A program made the position numbers and the translations under genes. A stretch of 64,000 nt of DNA, from the NCBI GenBank assembly GCA_040219255.1, contig JAVJSW010000049.1, forward strand, positions 96,001 through 160,000, read 5' to 3'. Source of the stretch: Sumerlaeia bacterium (GTDB lineage: Bacteria > Sumerlaeota > Sumerlaeia > SLMS01 > JAHLLQ01). Below, in pieces: positions 19,687-30,159 of this stretch (its first letter is position 1; each line of letters starts with the position of its first letter). The notes beneath the pieces were generated by a model. It did no database searches. It was not told where the DNA came from and was given only the letters and a program-made list of their open reading frames with translations.

Positions 19687-20591
19687 GAGACGGCGAAATG
19701 AATCCCGCACCCAAAGCGGAGCCCCGGATCGATCAACTCCCGGTCATAGACGTGACCAGCGAGTTCCCCAAGCCCAAGAAGGAGAAGCCGAAGAGCTTCT
19801 GGGGCCGCGTTTCGAAGAGCGTGCGCTACCACCTGTTCGGCCCGGCGCCGGCGGATTCGAACCCCTTCACGCCCTACATGGCGCGGCTGAATCTGTTGGA
19901 TCGGACGGCGGACTTTCCGGTGATTTTTCCGAAGCACCGTTGGTGCTTCGTGCGCTTCTCCGACGAAGGGGATTTCCTGACGGCGATGATGAAGGACATT
20001 CGTCCGGCGGACGTTGTCTGGGATGTCGGTTCTTTCCTCGGCATGGTGACGGTCTTCGCCGGAAAGTTCGCGAGCGAGGGCCGCGTTATCGCCATCGAAC
20101 CGGACCCGGCACTGGCGGCGCGGACGCGCAAGAATCTGGTGCTCAACGGCGTGAAGAACGCTGAGGTGATCGAGGTGGGACTGGGCGAGGAGGAAGGCAC
20201 GGTTCGGCTGAACACGAGCGGCGAGTCGGGCGCCGCGCCGGCGATCATGGACAAGGGCCTGGAGACCTACATCGAAATCGCCATCAAGACCGTGGATCAA
20301 TTGGTCGCCGAAGAGCCGGCCCGCTTCCCGAACATTCTGAAAATCGATGTCGAAGGGTTTGAAACGCATGTCCTGCGGGGAATGAAGGCGACGCTGGAGG
20401 ACGAGCGTTTGCGGAGCATCTACCTGGAACTGCATCCCGTCTATCTGTTCAAGAAGGGGGAAGCGATCGAGGAACCGCTGGTCTTGCTGCGCGAGGCGGG
20501 ATTCGAGATGACGTATTGCCTGGTCAAGCGCCAGGAGATGGTCTTCGCGTTTCAGCGAAAGTCGAAGAAGGCGGCGGCGTCCGGTTCCTGA
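19683..20591 (+). CDS. FkbM-family methyltransferase
   Basis: WDVGSFLG, IEPDP, KIDVEGFE; ATGA overlap with wzt. Confidence 0.87.
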   Translation: MRDGEMNPAPKAEPRIDQLPVIDVTSEFPKPKKEKPKSFWGRVSKSVRYHLFGPAPADSNPFTPYMARLNLLDRTADFPVIFPKHRWCFVRFSDEGDFLTAMMKDIRPADVVWDVGSFLGMVTVFAGKFASEGRVIAIEPDPALAARTRKNLVLNGVKNAEVIEVGLGEEEGTVRLNTSGESGAAPAIMDKGLETYIEIAIKTVDQLVAEEPARFPNILKIDVEGFETHVLRGMKATLEDERLRSIYLELHPVYLFKKGEAIEEPLVLLREAGFEMTYCLVKRQEMVFAFQRKSKKAAASGS

Positions 20592-20748
20592 CGGATCGGC
20601 ACCGCGCTCCCACCGCCTCGCCAGGGGCCAAAACGTCTTGCATCCCGCGCGTCAATCGACGGTTTATTCCCCCTCCCGCTCAAGAGGGCGGAAGAATCCT
20701 GGGAGCGAGCACGCCCTCCCAACCGTTTTGAAGAGGCCCATCGGACTC

Positions 20749-21747
20749 GTGAGCAAGAATGCAGTCATATTGGGAGGCGGCGCCATCGCCATCAATTTCC
20801 ATCTGCCGCGGGTGAAAACGATGCTCGGGGCGGAGAGGGTTGTCGTGGTGGAGGTGAGCGCTCCGCGGAGGGAAGAACTCGCCCGCGAGTTCGGAAGCGA
20901 CCGGTCGGTGGAGATCGTGGAGTCGCTTCCGGCGACCGGCCAGTTCGATTTCGCCGTGATCGCCACACCACCCAAGTTCCACTTTGAATACTTCGAGCAA
21001 CTCAAGGGCCGGGCGCGGGACATCCTGATCGAGAAACCCATGACGTTGAACGCGGAGGAAGCTCGCCGCGTGGCAGAGATCTGTGCCGGCGGTGGTCCCC
21101 GGGTTTACGTGGCGTTGATCCGGAGGACGCTGGGCGGGTTCGCCCTGATCCGGGAGATGATCCGGGCCAATCAGTTCGGCGCGCTGAAGAAGGTCACTCT
21201 GACGGAGGGTGGCATTTTCGGTTGGATGGCCGTTTCCATGGGGTCCTTTTCGCGGACCCTGAACGGCGGCGGCGTCCTGATGGACACGGGGCCCCATACC
21301 ATCGACCTGCTGTTTCAGGTGTTCGACACCGTCGAATTCCAAGCCAGTTGGATGGATGCGGACCTGAGCGAAGGCGGCGAAACGATCGAGGCCAATTGCA
21401 CGCTGGACCTCTTGGCGGACGGCGCGGTGCCGGTGCGCCTGAGCCTGAGCCGCAATCGCAACTTCTCAAACCTGGCGGTCTTCGAATTCGAAGCGGCGGT
21501 CTGCAAAGTCGGCGTCCGCGACGACGAGGTCACGGTGGACATGGCCTCGGGGGTGCCGCTGAAGGCGATGCCGACCGACGAATTCGCCGAGATGGGCAAA
21601 GACTTCAAAGCTCTCTTCGACAGGTATTACGCTCGGTTCTTGCTCCGCCAGGACAACACCGGCGTGGCTCCGGAAGACTCGGAGAAGATCGCTCGGATCA
21701 TCGACGCCGCTTACCAGAACGCCCAACCGATCAAGGGAGGATTCTGA
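20749..21747 (+). CDS. Gfo/Idh/MocA oxidoreductase
   Basis: ILGGGAIA, IATPP..H, IEKP, GGGVLMDTGPH. Confidence 0.88.
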   Translation: MSKNAVILGGGAIAINFHLPRVKTMLGAERVVVVEVSAPRREELAREFGSDRSVEIVESLPATGQFDFAVIATPPKFHFEYFEQLKGRARDILIEKPMTLNAEEARRVAEICAGGGPRVYVALIRRTLGGFALIREMIRANQFGALKKVTLTEGGIFGWMAVSMGSFSRTLNGGGVLMDTGPHTIDLLFQVFDTVEFQASWMDADLSEGGETIEANCTLDLLADGAVPVRLSLSRNRNFSNLAVFEFEAAVCKVGVRDDEVTVDMASGVPLKAMPTDEFAEMGKDFKALFDRYYARFLLRQDNTGVAPEDSEKIARIIDAAYQNAQPIKGGF

Positions 21748-22892
21748 TGCGCGTCGCGATCTTTGGCGGAACGGGGTTCATGGGTTACGATTTCGTGCGT
21801 CTGCTTCTTGACGAAGGGACCCACGAACCGGTGGTGTACTGCACGAGCCCAAAAAACCTGACGAATTTGCGGCGCCATCCGGTCGCGGTCCGTTTCGTTC
21901 CTCCGCACCTGATGGCCAATGAAAACCTGGACGAAGACATCGACCTGATCGTCAACTTCGCCCATCCTTTCCAACAACGCGACCAGATGACGCCGAATCA
22001 GCAGACCGATCTGTTCGTCCGGTTCCTGGAAAAAGCGCGCGCCAGGAACCCGAAACTCCGGATGGTGCATATCAGCACCTTGTCGGTGTACGAGCCTTTC
22101 TCCGAGGACAAAGAATATGCCGAGACCGATCCGCTCGACCCTCCCGGATCGGATCTCTATGCGACGACGAAACTTTACGCCGAGAAGGCGATCCGCGGAA
22201 TCGCGGGTGCGGAGGAGTGGCAGGTGGTCTTGCGGCCGACGATCGTTTACGGGTCATTTTGCCGCCCGTGGACCGATGGGTTGCTGAAGGCTTTCGCCGA
22301 GGGCGACGTGGGCTATTGCGATCTGGGCGGCATGATTCAGCCGATCACGGGCCGCGACATCTCGCGCTTCATCCGTCGTGTGATGGACGATTTCAAGCCC
22401 GGCGTCTACAACATGGCGGGCCAGGAGAAGGTCTCCTGGAAGGAATTCTTCACGCTGTTCCAGGAAGTGGTCGGCGAGGGCCGGTTGGTGCAGGTCGAAC
22501 CGCCTCCGCCGGGCGCGGTGCCGGTGCAGCTCGACGGGCTGGCGTTCTATCGCTTCCACGCCAAGGAATTGCAGAGAGTCATCGTGGCGAATCGGTCTTT
22601 TAACGCCATCGCGACGCGTATGGCGAAACCGGTGCCTCGGACGCTGGTGATGAAGGTGCGCCGTTCGCTGGGCCTGGACAAGCCTCCGGCTCCAAGACGC
22701 GCGGGCGCGGCGGCCGCCGGAACGGACGTGCAATTGCAGTTCACGAAGCCCTTCTTCGGGGAAGACCGGCTGGTGTCGCGGGCGCATTTCGAGGATACCT
22801 TTCCCGATTTCGCGACCACGCCGCTCGGCCAAATGAAAGAGACTTTACGCGAGTATTACGAATATCGGTTCACCGATAAGATTTATACGTAA
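21747..22892 (+). CDS. NAD-dependent epimerase/dehydratase
   Basis: GGTGFMG, HISTLSVY, YATTK, LRPTIVYG; TGATG coupling to the upstream gene. Confidence 0.87.
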   Translation: MRVAIFGGTGFMGYDFVRLLLDEGTHEPVVYCTSPKNLTNLRRHPVAVRFVPPHLMANENLDEDIDLIVNFAHPFQQRDQMTPNQQTDLFVRFLEKARARNPKLRMVHISTLSVYEPFSEDKEYAETDPLDPPGSDLYATTKLYAEKAIRGIAGAEEWQVVLRPTIVYGSFCRPWTDGLLKAFAEGDVGYCDLGGMIQPITGRDISRFIRRVMDDFKPGVYNMAGQEKVSWKEFFTLFQEVVGEGRLVQVEPPPPGAVPVQLDGLAFYRFHAKELQRVIVANRSFNAIATRMAKPVPRTLVMKVRRSLGLDKPPAPRRAGAAAAGTDVQLQFTKPFFGEDRLVSRAHFEDTFPDFATTPLGQMKETLREYYEYRFTDKIYT

Positions 22893-22913
22893 AGGCTCGA
22901 ATGGAGATTCACG

Positions 22914-23651
22914 GTGGAAAAGACAGAAATCTACGACAGCCTGAACAAGACCTACTTCTCGGAGGATTGCGACGAGCGCCGGACGCTGGACGCCCTGCCA
23001 CCGCTGCTTCGCAACGCCAAGCGATTTGTGGACATCGGCGCGAGTCTTGGCCAATATACCCGGTATTGCAACAAGCACTTGAATGGCGCGAAGATGTGGG
23101 CGATCGAAGCCGATCCGGTCCGCTATGAAGAATTGGCGCGCAATTGTGCACAATGGCAGGGCGAAAGCTCGAACACCATCGATGTCATTCATGGCGCGGT
23201 CTCGGATCAAGTCGGGGAGATCGTCTTCTATACGAGCAACAGCACCGTCAGCGGCGGTCTCTTTCAGCATGCAGTCAAGAGTGGGGATGTGGAATGGCAG
23301 GAGGTGCGAGTTCCTGCCTGCACGCTCGATTCCCTCTTTTCAAATGAGCCTCCGGATTTTATCAAGATCGATGTCGAAGGCGTGGAACTGCGTGTCCTCA
23401 AAGGCAGCGTGGAAATTTTGAAGAAGAAGAAGACGTTTCTCCTGGTCGAGGTTCATAGTTGGGCCGATCCCCAAGGACAAAAGAATCCCCGGGAAGTGTT
23501 GGACTTCATGAAGTCTCATGGTTACTATGCCCTGCCCTTCCACGGCAAGTACCTCTTTATGCCGATGTCCGCGGAGTACCTGAGGCGGCGCTGGCGCTCG
23601 CTGTTCAACAAAGCCAAGCAGCGCCTCTTGCCCCGCCGGAAAGCCAGTTGA
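22914..23651 (+). CDS. FkbM-family methyltransferase
   Basis: VDIGASLG, IEADP, KIDVEGVE. Confidence 0.87.
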   Translation: MEKTEIYDSLNKTYFSEDCDERRTLDALPPLLRNAKRFVDIGASLGQYTRYCNKHLNGAKMWAIEADPVRYEELARNCAQWQGESSNTIDVIHGAVSDQVGEIVFYTSNSTVSGGLFQHAVKSGDVEWQEVRVPACTLDSLFSNEPPDFIKIDVEGVELRVLKGSVEILKKKKTFLLVEVHSWADPQGQKNPREVLDFMKSHGYYALPFHGKYLFMPMSAEYLRRRWRSLFNKAKQRLLPRRKAS

Positions 23652-23658
23652 GGACGGC

Positions 23659-24513
23659 ATGGTGACCCCCGCGCAAGAAACCGTTCCAACCCCACGGTTC
23701 GACTCCGTCTACAACCCCTTGGAGCGGGGCATACTGCGACTGATGACGCGGAGAAAGCGAAAGCGGACGTTTTTTGATCTCTATGAACGGCTGAAGTCGT
23801 CACGCGGTGATGTGACCCCTTTTCGTAACCGTCATGAAGGCGAGCGCTGCTTCATTATGGGCGGCGGGCCCTCGCTCAAGAAAATCGACCCCACGTTTCT
23901 CAAATCCGAGATAACGTTTGGGGTCAATGGCGTCTTCCTGATTTTCGATTGGCTCGGATTTCAACCGGATTATTATGCCGTGGAAGATCGATTGGTGTTC
24001 GAGGATCGATGGAATGACATTCGAAAATTCGTCACGAAGCCAGAGTGCTTCTTCTCCATTCAATTTGCGTGCCCCCAGTTCGACCGCCCCAATCACCACT
24101 ATCTTCGGTCGATTTACGATTTTGACCCTGCCGCCGGTTTCCCGCGCTTTAGCGAAGACGTCAGCAAGGTTGTCTGGATCGGTGGCACAGTGACCTACGT
24201 CTGCATGCAGCTTGCCTTCTACATGGGATTCCAGGAAGTTTATCTGATTGGGATGGATCACAATTATGCCAGGCCCGATCACGTTCAGGCGGAGGGCAAT
24301 GTGTGGACGAGTCATGGCGAGGACCCAAACCATTTCCATCCGGATTATTTCGGCAAGGGATACCGGTGGCACGATCCCAAGGTGGACCGGATGGAGACGG
24401 CTTATCGCAAAGCGAAAGACGTTTTCGAAGCGCACGGCCGCAAGATCTACAACGCGACCGCCGGCGGTCAGCTCGAGGTTTTCGAGAGAGTGAACTACAA
24501 TGACCTCTTCTGA
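23659..24513 (+). CDS. DUF115/Maf-like protein, putative CMP-ulosonic-acid transferase
   Basis: CFIMGGGPSL, FGVN, TVTY..QLAFYMGF.EVYLIGMDH, IYNAT.GG.LEVF. Confidence 0.8.
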   Translation: MVTPAQETVPTPRFDSVYNPLERGILRLMTRRKRKRTFFDLYERLKSSRGDVTPFRNRHEGERCFIMGGGPSLKKIDPTFLKSEITFGVNGVFLIFDWLGFQPDYYAVEDRLVFEDRWNDIRKFVTKPECFFSIQFACPQFDRPNHHYLRSIYDFDPAAGFPRFSEDVSKVVWIGGTVTYVCMQLAFYMGFQEVYLIGMDHNYARPDHVQAEGNVWTSHGEDPNHFHPDYFGKGYRWHDPKVDRMETAYRKAKDVFEAHGRKIYNATAGGQLEVFERVNYNDLF

Positions 24514-25468
24514 GACAACGCCCTCGACTCCATCGGTGAGCGTCGTGGTCTGCACGCGCAACTCGAAGCATCGCGTGGAGGAAACGCTTCGAAGCTTACG
24601 GACTCAGTCCATGGCTCGCGAGCGGTACGAGGTTCTCGTCGTCGACAACGCCTCCGACGACGGCACCGATGAGATTTTGCAGGCTTTGTGCGCCGAGCTT
24701 GAACTGACCTACATCGAAGAACCGGAGCTTGGACTCTCCGCCGCCCGCAACCGCGGGATTCTCGATTCGGCCGGTGAACTGATTTACTTTATCGACGATG
24801 ACGCCGTCGCGCCGCCGTTCTTGCTCGATGTGCTCTGGGCGGATTTCGTTCGCGAAAACGCCGACGCCGTTGGCGGGGCGGTGCATGGTCTGTGGGAAGA
24901 AACTCCGCCCGCCTGGTTGAACTCGAACCTGTGGCGCGGACTCAGCCTTTTGTCTTACGGGAACGAAGCCCGGCCGCTCGTCTATCCGGAGATTTTGATC
25001 GGAACCAACGTGGGTTTCCGGCGAAATGTGTTTGAGCGCTATGGCTACTTCGATCCCGATCTGGGCCGGAAAGGCGACAATTTGATGGGCAACGAGGAAC
25101 GGGCGCTGGAAAAGCGTATTCTCGAAGACGGCGGGTTGGTTTTCTACAATCCTTCGGCTTTCGTGTTCCACAAGGTTCCCATCGCGCGCATGACGCATGG
25201 CTATATGTTCGAACGCATTCGCCAGGCGAGCCTGAGCGTTGGCCGGATGCGGGATTCGGACCTTACCCGCCGGCGAATCGTCGAACCTCTCTGGAAGGCA
25301 AGCTTGCGTGTCGTCTACGATTCGGCCAACCGGCGTGTGGTCCCCATCTGCCGGGGTCTGTATCGCGCGTGGATCACCGGATTCGAAACCTTCCGGGTCG
25401 AAATGGTGATGCTCCAGGCGGCCCTCAGGGCGAGAAAGGAACTCCAAAAGGCGAACCATCATGACTGA
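24500..25468 (+). CDS. GT2 glycosyltransferase
   Basis: VSVVVCTRN, VVDNASDD, GLSAARN, FIDDDA. Confidence 0.9.
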   Translation: MTSSETTPSTPSVSVVVCTRNSKHRVEETLRSLRTQSMARERYEVLVVDNASDDGTDEILQALCAELELTYIEEPELGLSAARNRGILDSAGELIYFIDDDAVAPPFLLDVLWADFVRENADAVGGAVHGLWEETPPAWLNSNLWRGLSLLSYGNEARPLVYPEILIGTNVGFRRNVFERYGYFDPDLGRKGDNLMGNEERALEKRILEDGGLVFYNPSAFVFHKVPIARMTHGYMFERIRQASLSVGRMRDSDLTRRRIVEPLWKASLRVVYDSANRRVVPICRGLYRAWITGFETFRVEMVMLQAALRARKELQKANHHD

Positions 25469-26402
25469 CAAAGACGCTATCCACCTCCTGACCCCTGCGC
25501 TGGTCGAACAGAACCCATTCCTCGCCATTCGCGTACTGGGTCAAAGTTCCCGGCTGGCCAAGCCTCTTGGCTGGCACTATCTGTTCGATCTCGTGTGGAT
25601 CCTGCGCGAACTCGAAAGCCTGAAGCCCGGTTCCACCGTCCTCGAAGTTGGCGCCGGAATGGGGCTACTCCAGTTCCTGCTAGCCGACAGCGGCTACAAA
25701 GTCATTTCCGCCGACATGGGGCTCCGCCGCCCCTTCGCCGCCACAGAGCACCTTTACCGCTTTGGCGAGATGGGGACCTCGGGCGAAATCGATCACGATT
25801 ATTTGAAGCACCACGAACGCGCGACAAAGCCCGGCGTGGGTCTGCCCACCCTCAATGGAATTCTCGACGCATCGCCGCGCAAGGCCCTGCGCGCGGTTCG
25901 CAAGTTGCTCAAACAGGACCCGGTTCGAAAGCAAAAACCCGCCACCAAGGAAGACCGCCCCGAGATCACGCTGTACCGATGCGACGCCAGCAACATGGCC
26001 GAACTCAAAGACAACTCCGTCGACGCGGCGGTCTCGGTCTCGGCCCTCGAGCACAATCCCGCGGAGAAGGTGCGCGAGATCAATCGCGAGTGCCTTCGTA
26101 TCGTCAAACCCGGGGGCCCGATCCTGCACACCGTCTCCGCCGTCAAAGAAGGCTCCGCGTTTCACGAAGAGAGTTTCAGCTACCTTCTCGACGAGGCTGG
26201 CCTGACAGAGGCTTATGACCTGCAATCCCCCGAATCCAATTTCGCGGATTTCGACGCCGTCTTCGCGGCGATCCAGGAGGGACGATTCCTGAAGGATTGT
26301 TTGGGACACGGCTACTATGGCAGCGGCCGAAATGGCATGCCCTGGGGCATTTGGAATCCGGCCTATCAGCCCGTGGGGGTCAAAAAGGTTGTCACTGAGT
26401 AA
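25461..26402 (+). CDS. Class I SAM-dependent methyltransferase
   Basis: VLEVGAGMG, SVSALEH, RIVKPGG. Confidence 0.82.
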   Translation: MTDKDAIHLLTPALVEQNPFLAIRVLGQSSRLAKPLGWHYLFDLVWILRELESLKPGSTVLEVGAGMGLLQFLLADSGYKVISADMGLRRPFAATEHLYRFGEMGTSGEIDHDYLKHHERATKPGVGLPTLNGILDASPRKALRAVRKLLKQDPVRKQKPATKEDRPEITLYRCDASNMAELKDNSVDAAVSVSALEHNPAEKVREINRECLRIVKPGGPILHTVSAVKEGSAFHEESFSYLLDEAGLTEAYDLQSPESNFADFDAVFAAIQEGRFLKDCLGHGYYGSGRNGMPWGIWNPAYQPVGVKKVVTE

Positions 26403-27714
26403 AGGTTTCTACCCCGCCATCCGGTTCTTGCGCTCGGCCGGTCCGGAGGAGTTGCGCCGGTGGCGCGCCGAGGCGCCGCGGGACAAGGTCTTCCTGTGGG
26501 ACGCGCTGTTTCTCGACCGGCCCGCGATGCGCTGTCTGGCCTCTCTGGCCGGAGAGGTCCACGCCGAGGACGCGATCCAGGCGGATGTCGAAGCGGTCAT
26601 CGGCCGGGCGGCCAAGCCTTTCACGCCCAGGAAGCCAGCCGCCGGCTCGGAGGCCGATGCGTCGGCGGGCGGGGAATTGAGCGGCAAGCTGCCGAGTCCC
26701 GGCGGGCCCATTCTCTTCTGCCCGAACAACGACACCCACGCCAAAATGTTCGCTCCGGTCTGGGGCCATCTGGAGAACGCCCGCTTCCTGGTTTTTTCCA
26801 AGCGCAAGAACGAACGCCCTGGCGAAACCCTCGCCTCCCTCGGCGTGCCCTTTGTGGATGGTTCGGTGCGGTCGGTGCGCGAGATTCGGCCGAGTTGCCT
26901 GGTCTTTGGCAACGACTGGAACCGCAAGGTCACCCAGCTCATCTGCGAGGCGCGCCGGCTCGGCATCCCGACGGTGACGCTCCAGGAAGGTTGCCTGGAC
27001 CTGGGGACGGCCATGGGGCGCCTCGAATGGTCCGATGTGCCGCTGATCCAGGGCCCCATCATGGCCAGCTACTTCCACCAGCAGGCCTACCTGCAAACGG
27101 GCAACCCGCGGCTGGACGGGCTCGCGCCCGAGCCCCTGCCCCGCCGCCCAAAGGTCATGATCAACTCGAACTTCACCTATGGCGTGTTCGAGGACCGGCG
27201 CGACGAATGGGTCCACACGGCGGCCCGCGCCTGCCAGGACCTGGGCGTCGACTTCTTCGTCTGCCAGCACCCGCGTGACGCCGGCCAATACCCGGACTAT
27301 GAAGTGCGCCGCAGCGACGCCACGAAAATCCACGACTTCCTGCGCGAAAGTTCGGTGCTCCTGTCGCGCTTCAGCACGGTCATCTACGAGGCCATGTGCC
27401 TCGGCCGCCAGGTCGTCTACCACAACCCCCATGGCGAGACGATGCGCCTGTTCAACGAAGACGAAACCGGCGCGCTCTTCAAATCCCGCACCGGCGGCGA
27501 AGTCAAAGCCGCCATCGAACAGGCGGTCGAGCCTCTGACCCCCGAGCGCGAGGCGGCTTTCGATCAGTTCCTGACGCTCCATTGCGGCACGCGCGACGGC
27601 CGAGCCGCCCGCCGCGTAGCCGGAGCCCTCTGCTACCTGGCGCGCCACGGCTCTGGCTGGAACGCCCCCATGCCCTCGCTGGCGCGGCGGCTGCGGTCGC
27701 TGATGCCGGGGTAA
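26389..27714 (+). CDS. GT-B fold glycosyltransferase / capsule-biosynthesis protein
   Basis: LGIPTVTLQEG, TGNPRLD, HPRD, FSTVIYEAMCLG; start uncertain (TTG 26389). Confidence 0.65.
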   Translation: MSLSKGFYPAIRFLRSAGPEELRRWRAEAPRDKVFLWDALFLDRPAMRCLASLAGEVHAEDAIQADVEAVIGRAAKPFTPRKPAAGSEADASAGGELSGKLPSPGGPILFCPNNDTHAKMFAPVWGHLENARFLVFSKRKNERPGETLASLGVPFVDGSVRSVREIRPSCLVFGNDWNRKVTQLICEARRLGIPTVTLQEGCLDLGTAMGRLEWSDVPLIQGPIMASYFHQQAYLQTGNPRLDGLAPEPLPRRPKVMINSNFTYGVFEDRRDEWVHTAARACQDLGVDFFVCQHPRDAGQYPDYEVRRSDATKIHDFLRESSVLLSRFSTVIYEAMCLGRQVVYHNPHGETMRLFNEDETGALFKSRTGGEVKAAIEQAVEPLTPEREAAFDQFLTLHCGTRDGRAARRVAGALCYLARHGSGWNAPMPSLARRLRSLMPG

Positions 27715-27847
27715 GCCAGACGCTTCCCAATCCACCACCCAACTAGCCCTTGCACCAACCCCACAACGGCAAAACACTGCCCGTTCCCCGCCAGCCGCGC
27801 GAATCGCGGTGGGGCGGGCGAAGGACTTGTCTGTGGAGACTCGAATC

Positions 27848-28552
27848 GTGACGCGCCAATACGCCGCCCTCATTCCGATCAAGGACCACTCGGAGCGCGT
27901 GCCGGGGAAAAACTTCCGCTCCCTCGCCGGGCGTCCCCTGTGGCAGCATATCGTCGCGACCCTCCAGGACATGGACGAGGTCGGGGCGATCTACATCGAC
28001 ACCGATTCGGATCGCTTCACACCCGATGTTCTCGCCCCCTTTCCCAAGGTCCGCGTCATCACCCGGCCCCAGGAGTTGCGCGGCGATTTCGTGGCGACGA
28101 ACGCGCTCTTCGCCTACGACCTGACCCGGATCCCGGCCGAGATCACCCATTTCCTCCAGACCCACACGACCAATCCGCTGCTGTCTCCGGCCACGATCCG
28201 GCGGGCGATCGCGGCGTTCGAGGGGGCCGCCGCCGAGGGCGCCCGCGATTCGCTCTTCACCGTCACTCCCTGCTACAATCGCTTCTACCGGCGCGATGGC
28301 AGCGCCATCAACCACGACCCGAAGGTCTTGATCCGGACGCAGGACCTCGAGCCGCTGCTGGAGGAAAACTCCAACCTCTATCTGTTCTCGCGCGAGTCCT
28401 TCGCCGCCACCGGCGCCCGAATCGGAGCGCGGCCGATGCTCTTTGAGATGGATGGCATGGAAGCCACCGACATCGACGACGAGCTGGGGTGGGATCTGGC
28501 CGATTTCCTGATGGCGCGCCAAACCCGCCGCGAAGCGAAGGACCCCGCCTGA
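27848..28552 (+). CDS. Acylneuraminate cytidylyltransferase family (NeuA-like)
   Basis: ALIPIK..SERVPGKN, DTDS, RP.EL, TNPLL, ENSNLY, DIDDE; start uncertain. Confidence 0.87.
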   Translation: MTRQYAALIPIKDHSERVPGKNFRSLAGRPLWQHIVATLQDMDEVGAIYIDTDSDRFTPDVLAPFPKVRVITRPQELRGDFVATNALFAYDLTRIPAEITHFLQTHTTNPLLSPATIRRAIAAFEGAAAEGARDSLFTVTPCYNRFYRRDGSAINHDPKVLIRTQDLEPLLEENSNLYLFSRESFAATGARIGARPMLFEMDGMEATDIDDELGWDLADFLMARQTRREAKDPA

Positions 28553-28556
28553 CGCG

Positions 28557-29465
28557 ATGCGAGGCCTGCCCCGACCCGACCAGCCCAAAGCTTCGGTGAT
28601 TATCCGAACGTACAACGAGGCCCGCCACCTGCCCGAGGTGCTCAAGCGCCTTGCGGGCCAGGACCGCCAGGACTTCGAGGTCATCGTCGTCGACTCCGGT
28701 TCGACCGACAAGACCGTCGCCATCGCCGAGCTGGCCGGCGCCCGCCTCGTCCACATCGAAAAGTCACAGTTCACCTTCGGCCGGTCGCTCAACATGGGCT
28801 GCGAAGCGGCCCGCGGCGACGTGCTGATCTTCATCAGCGGCCATTGCTATCCGATGAATCGCCGGTTCGTCGACGAGATCCTGAAGCCCTACGAAGCGGA
28901 CGAGAAAATCGCTCTCGTCTACGGCATGCAGCGCGGAGGCAAGACCACCAAGTTCAGCGAGCACTGCCATTTCATCAAGACCTTCCCCCGCGAACCCATG
29001 ATCCCCCAAGAAGGCTTTTTCTGCAACAACGCCAACTGCTCGATCCGACGCTCGCTCTGGGAGCAGCGCCCCTTCAACGAAGCCCTCACCGGACTCGAAG
29101 ACCTGGAGTGGGCCAAATGGGCCACCGAGCAGGGCTGGCAGGCGGCCTACTCGGCCAAGGCCGGCGTCTATCACCTGCACGATGAAACTTGGAAGCAGGT
29201 TTTCCGCCGCTACGAGCGCGAAGCCATCGCCCTGAAAAATATCCTGCCGGACGTGTCGTTCTCCCTTTTCGAGTTCGTGCGGCTGTTCTTTCATTCCCTT
29301 TTTCTCGATTGCCGATATGCGCGCAGGCGCCGCCAATTGACCCGCCGGTGGAAGGAAATCGCCGCGTTCCGCCTCCTGCAATACTGGGGGACGTACTGCG
29401 GCGTCCATTACCACAAGAAGCTGACGAAGAAGATCAAAGAGCGCTTCTTCTATCCCAACAAATAG
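28557..29465 (+). CDS. GT2 glycosyltransferase (rhamnosyltransferase-like)
   Basis: SVIIRTYNE, VDSGSTD, FTFGRSLN, NANC.IRR..W, LEDLEWA. Confidence 0.87.
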   Translation: MRGLPRPDQPKASVIIRTYNEARHLPEVLKRLAGQDRQDFEVIVVDSGSTDKTVAIAELAGARLVHIEKSQFTFGRSLNMGCEAARGDVLIFISGHCYPMNRRFVDEILKPYEADEKIALVYGMQRGGKTTKFSEHCHFIKTFPREPMIPQEGFFCNNANCSIRRSLWEQRPFNEALTGLEDLEWAKWATEQGWQAAYSAKAGVYHLHDETWKQVFRRYEREAIALKNILPDVSFSLFEFVRLFFHSLFLDCRYARRRRQLTRRWKEIAAFRLLQYWGTYCGVHYHKKLTKKIKERFFYPNK

Positions 29466-29476
29466 GCCGCCGCCGG

Positions 29477-30151
29477 ATGATGTCTTCCCTCAGAGACGCC
29501 CTCGACATTTCGATCCTCGTCACGCCCGGCGCCGCCACCTATCCGGGCGAATGCCCCACCGTGCGCGAGATCCATCTCTGGCCCAACGCGGACCTGCCGG
29601 TCACGTGCCAGCACTGGTCCCTGACCGCCCACGCGGGAACCCACATCGACGCCCCGCGCCACTTCGACCCGCAGGGCCGACGCATCGAGGCCCTGGCCCC
29701 CGCCGCGTACGAATTCACCGCCGCCGTACTCGACGCTCAACACTATGGCGCTCATGTGGACGCGGCGTTTCTGGAGCACCGCAAGGCGCTCTTCGATGGC
29801 TGCGACGCCGTCCTGCTCAAGACCCACGGGGGCGAGAAATGGGCCGCCCCGGACTTCGATCCGAGGCATCAGGCTATCGACCCTTCCGCGGCGCGATGGC
29901 TGGTGGATCGGGGCGGGGTTCGGCTGGTGGGCATCGACTACTTTTCCGTCGAGATTTTTGGTTTGCAGCCCCCTTTGACCCACATCACGCTCCAGAGCGC
30001 CGGGCTGTTCATTCTGGAAGGAATCAGCCTCGCCGCGGCCCCCGAGGGACGCTATCGCCTCCAGTGTCTGCCGGTCCTGTGGAAGGACGCGGAAGCCGCA
30101 CCCTGCCGCGCTTTGCTGTTCCCCTGCCAGGTTCCCCCCACCCCCTCATGA
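29477..30151 (+). CDS. Cyclase family (kynurenine formamidase-like) metallohydrolase
   Basis: HAGTHIDAPRHF, VGIDYFSVE, ILEG, EAAPCRA. Confidence 0.88.
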   Translation: MMSSLRDALDISILVTPGAATYPGECPTVREIHLWPNADLPVTCQHWSLTAHAGTHIDAPRHFDPQGRRIEALAPAAYEFTAAVLDAQHYGAHVDAAFLEHRKALFDGCDAVLLKTHGGEKWAAPDFDPRHQAIDPSAARWLVDRGGVRLVGIDYFSVEIFGLQPPLTHITLQSAGLFILEGISLAAAPEGRYRLQCLPVLWKDAEAAPCRALLFPCQVPPTPS

Positions 30152-30159
30152 GGTCATCG

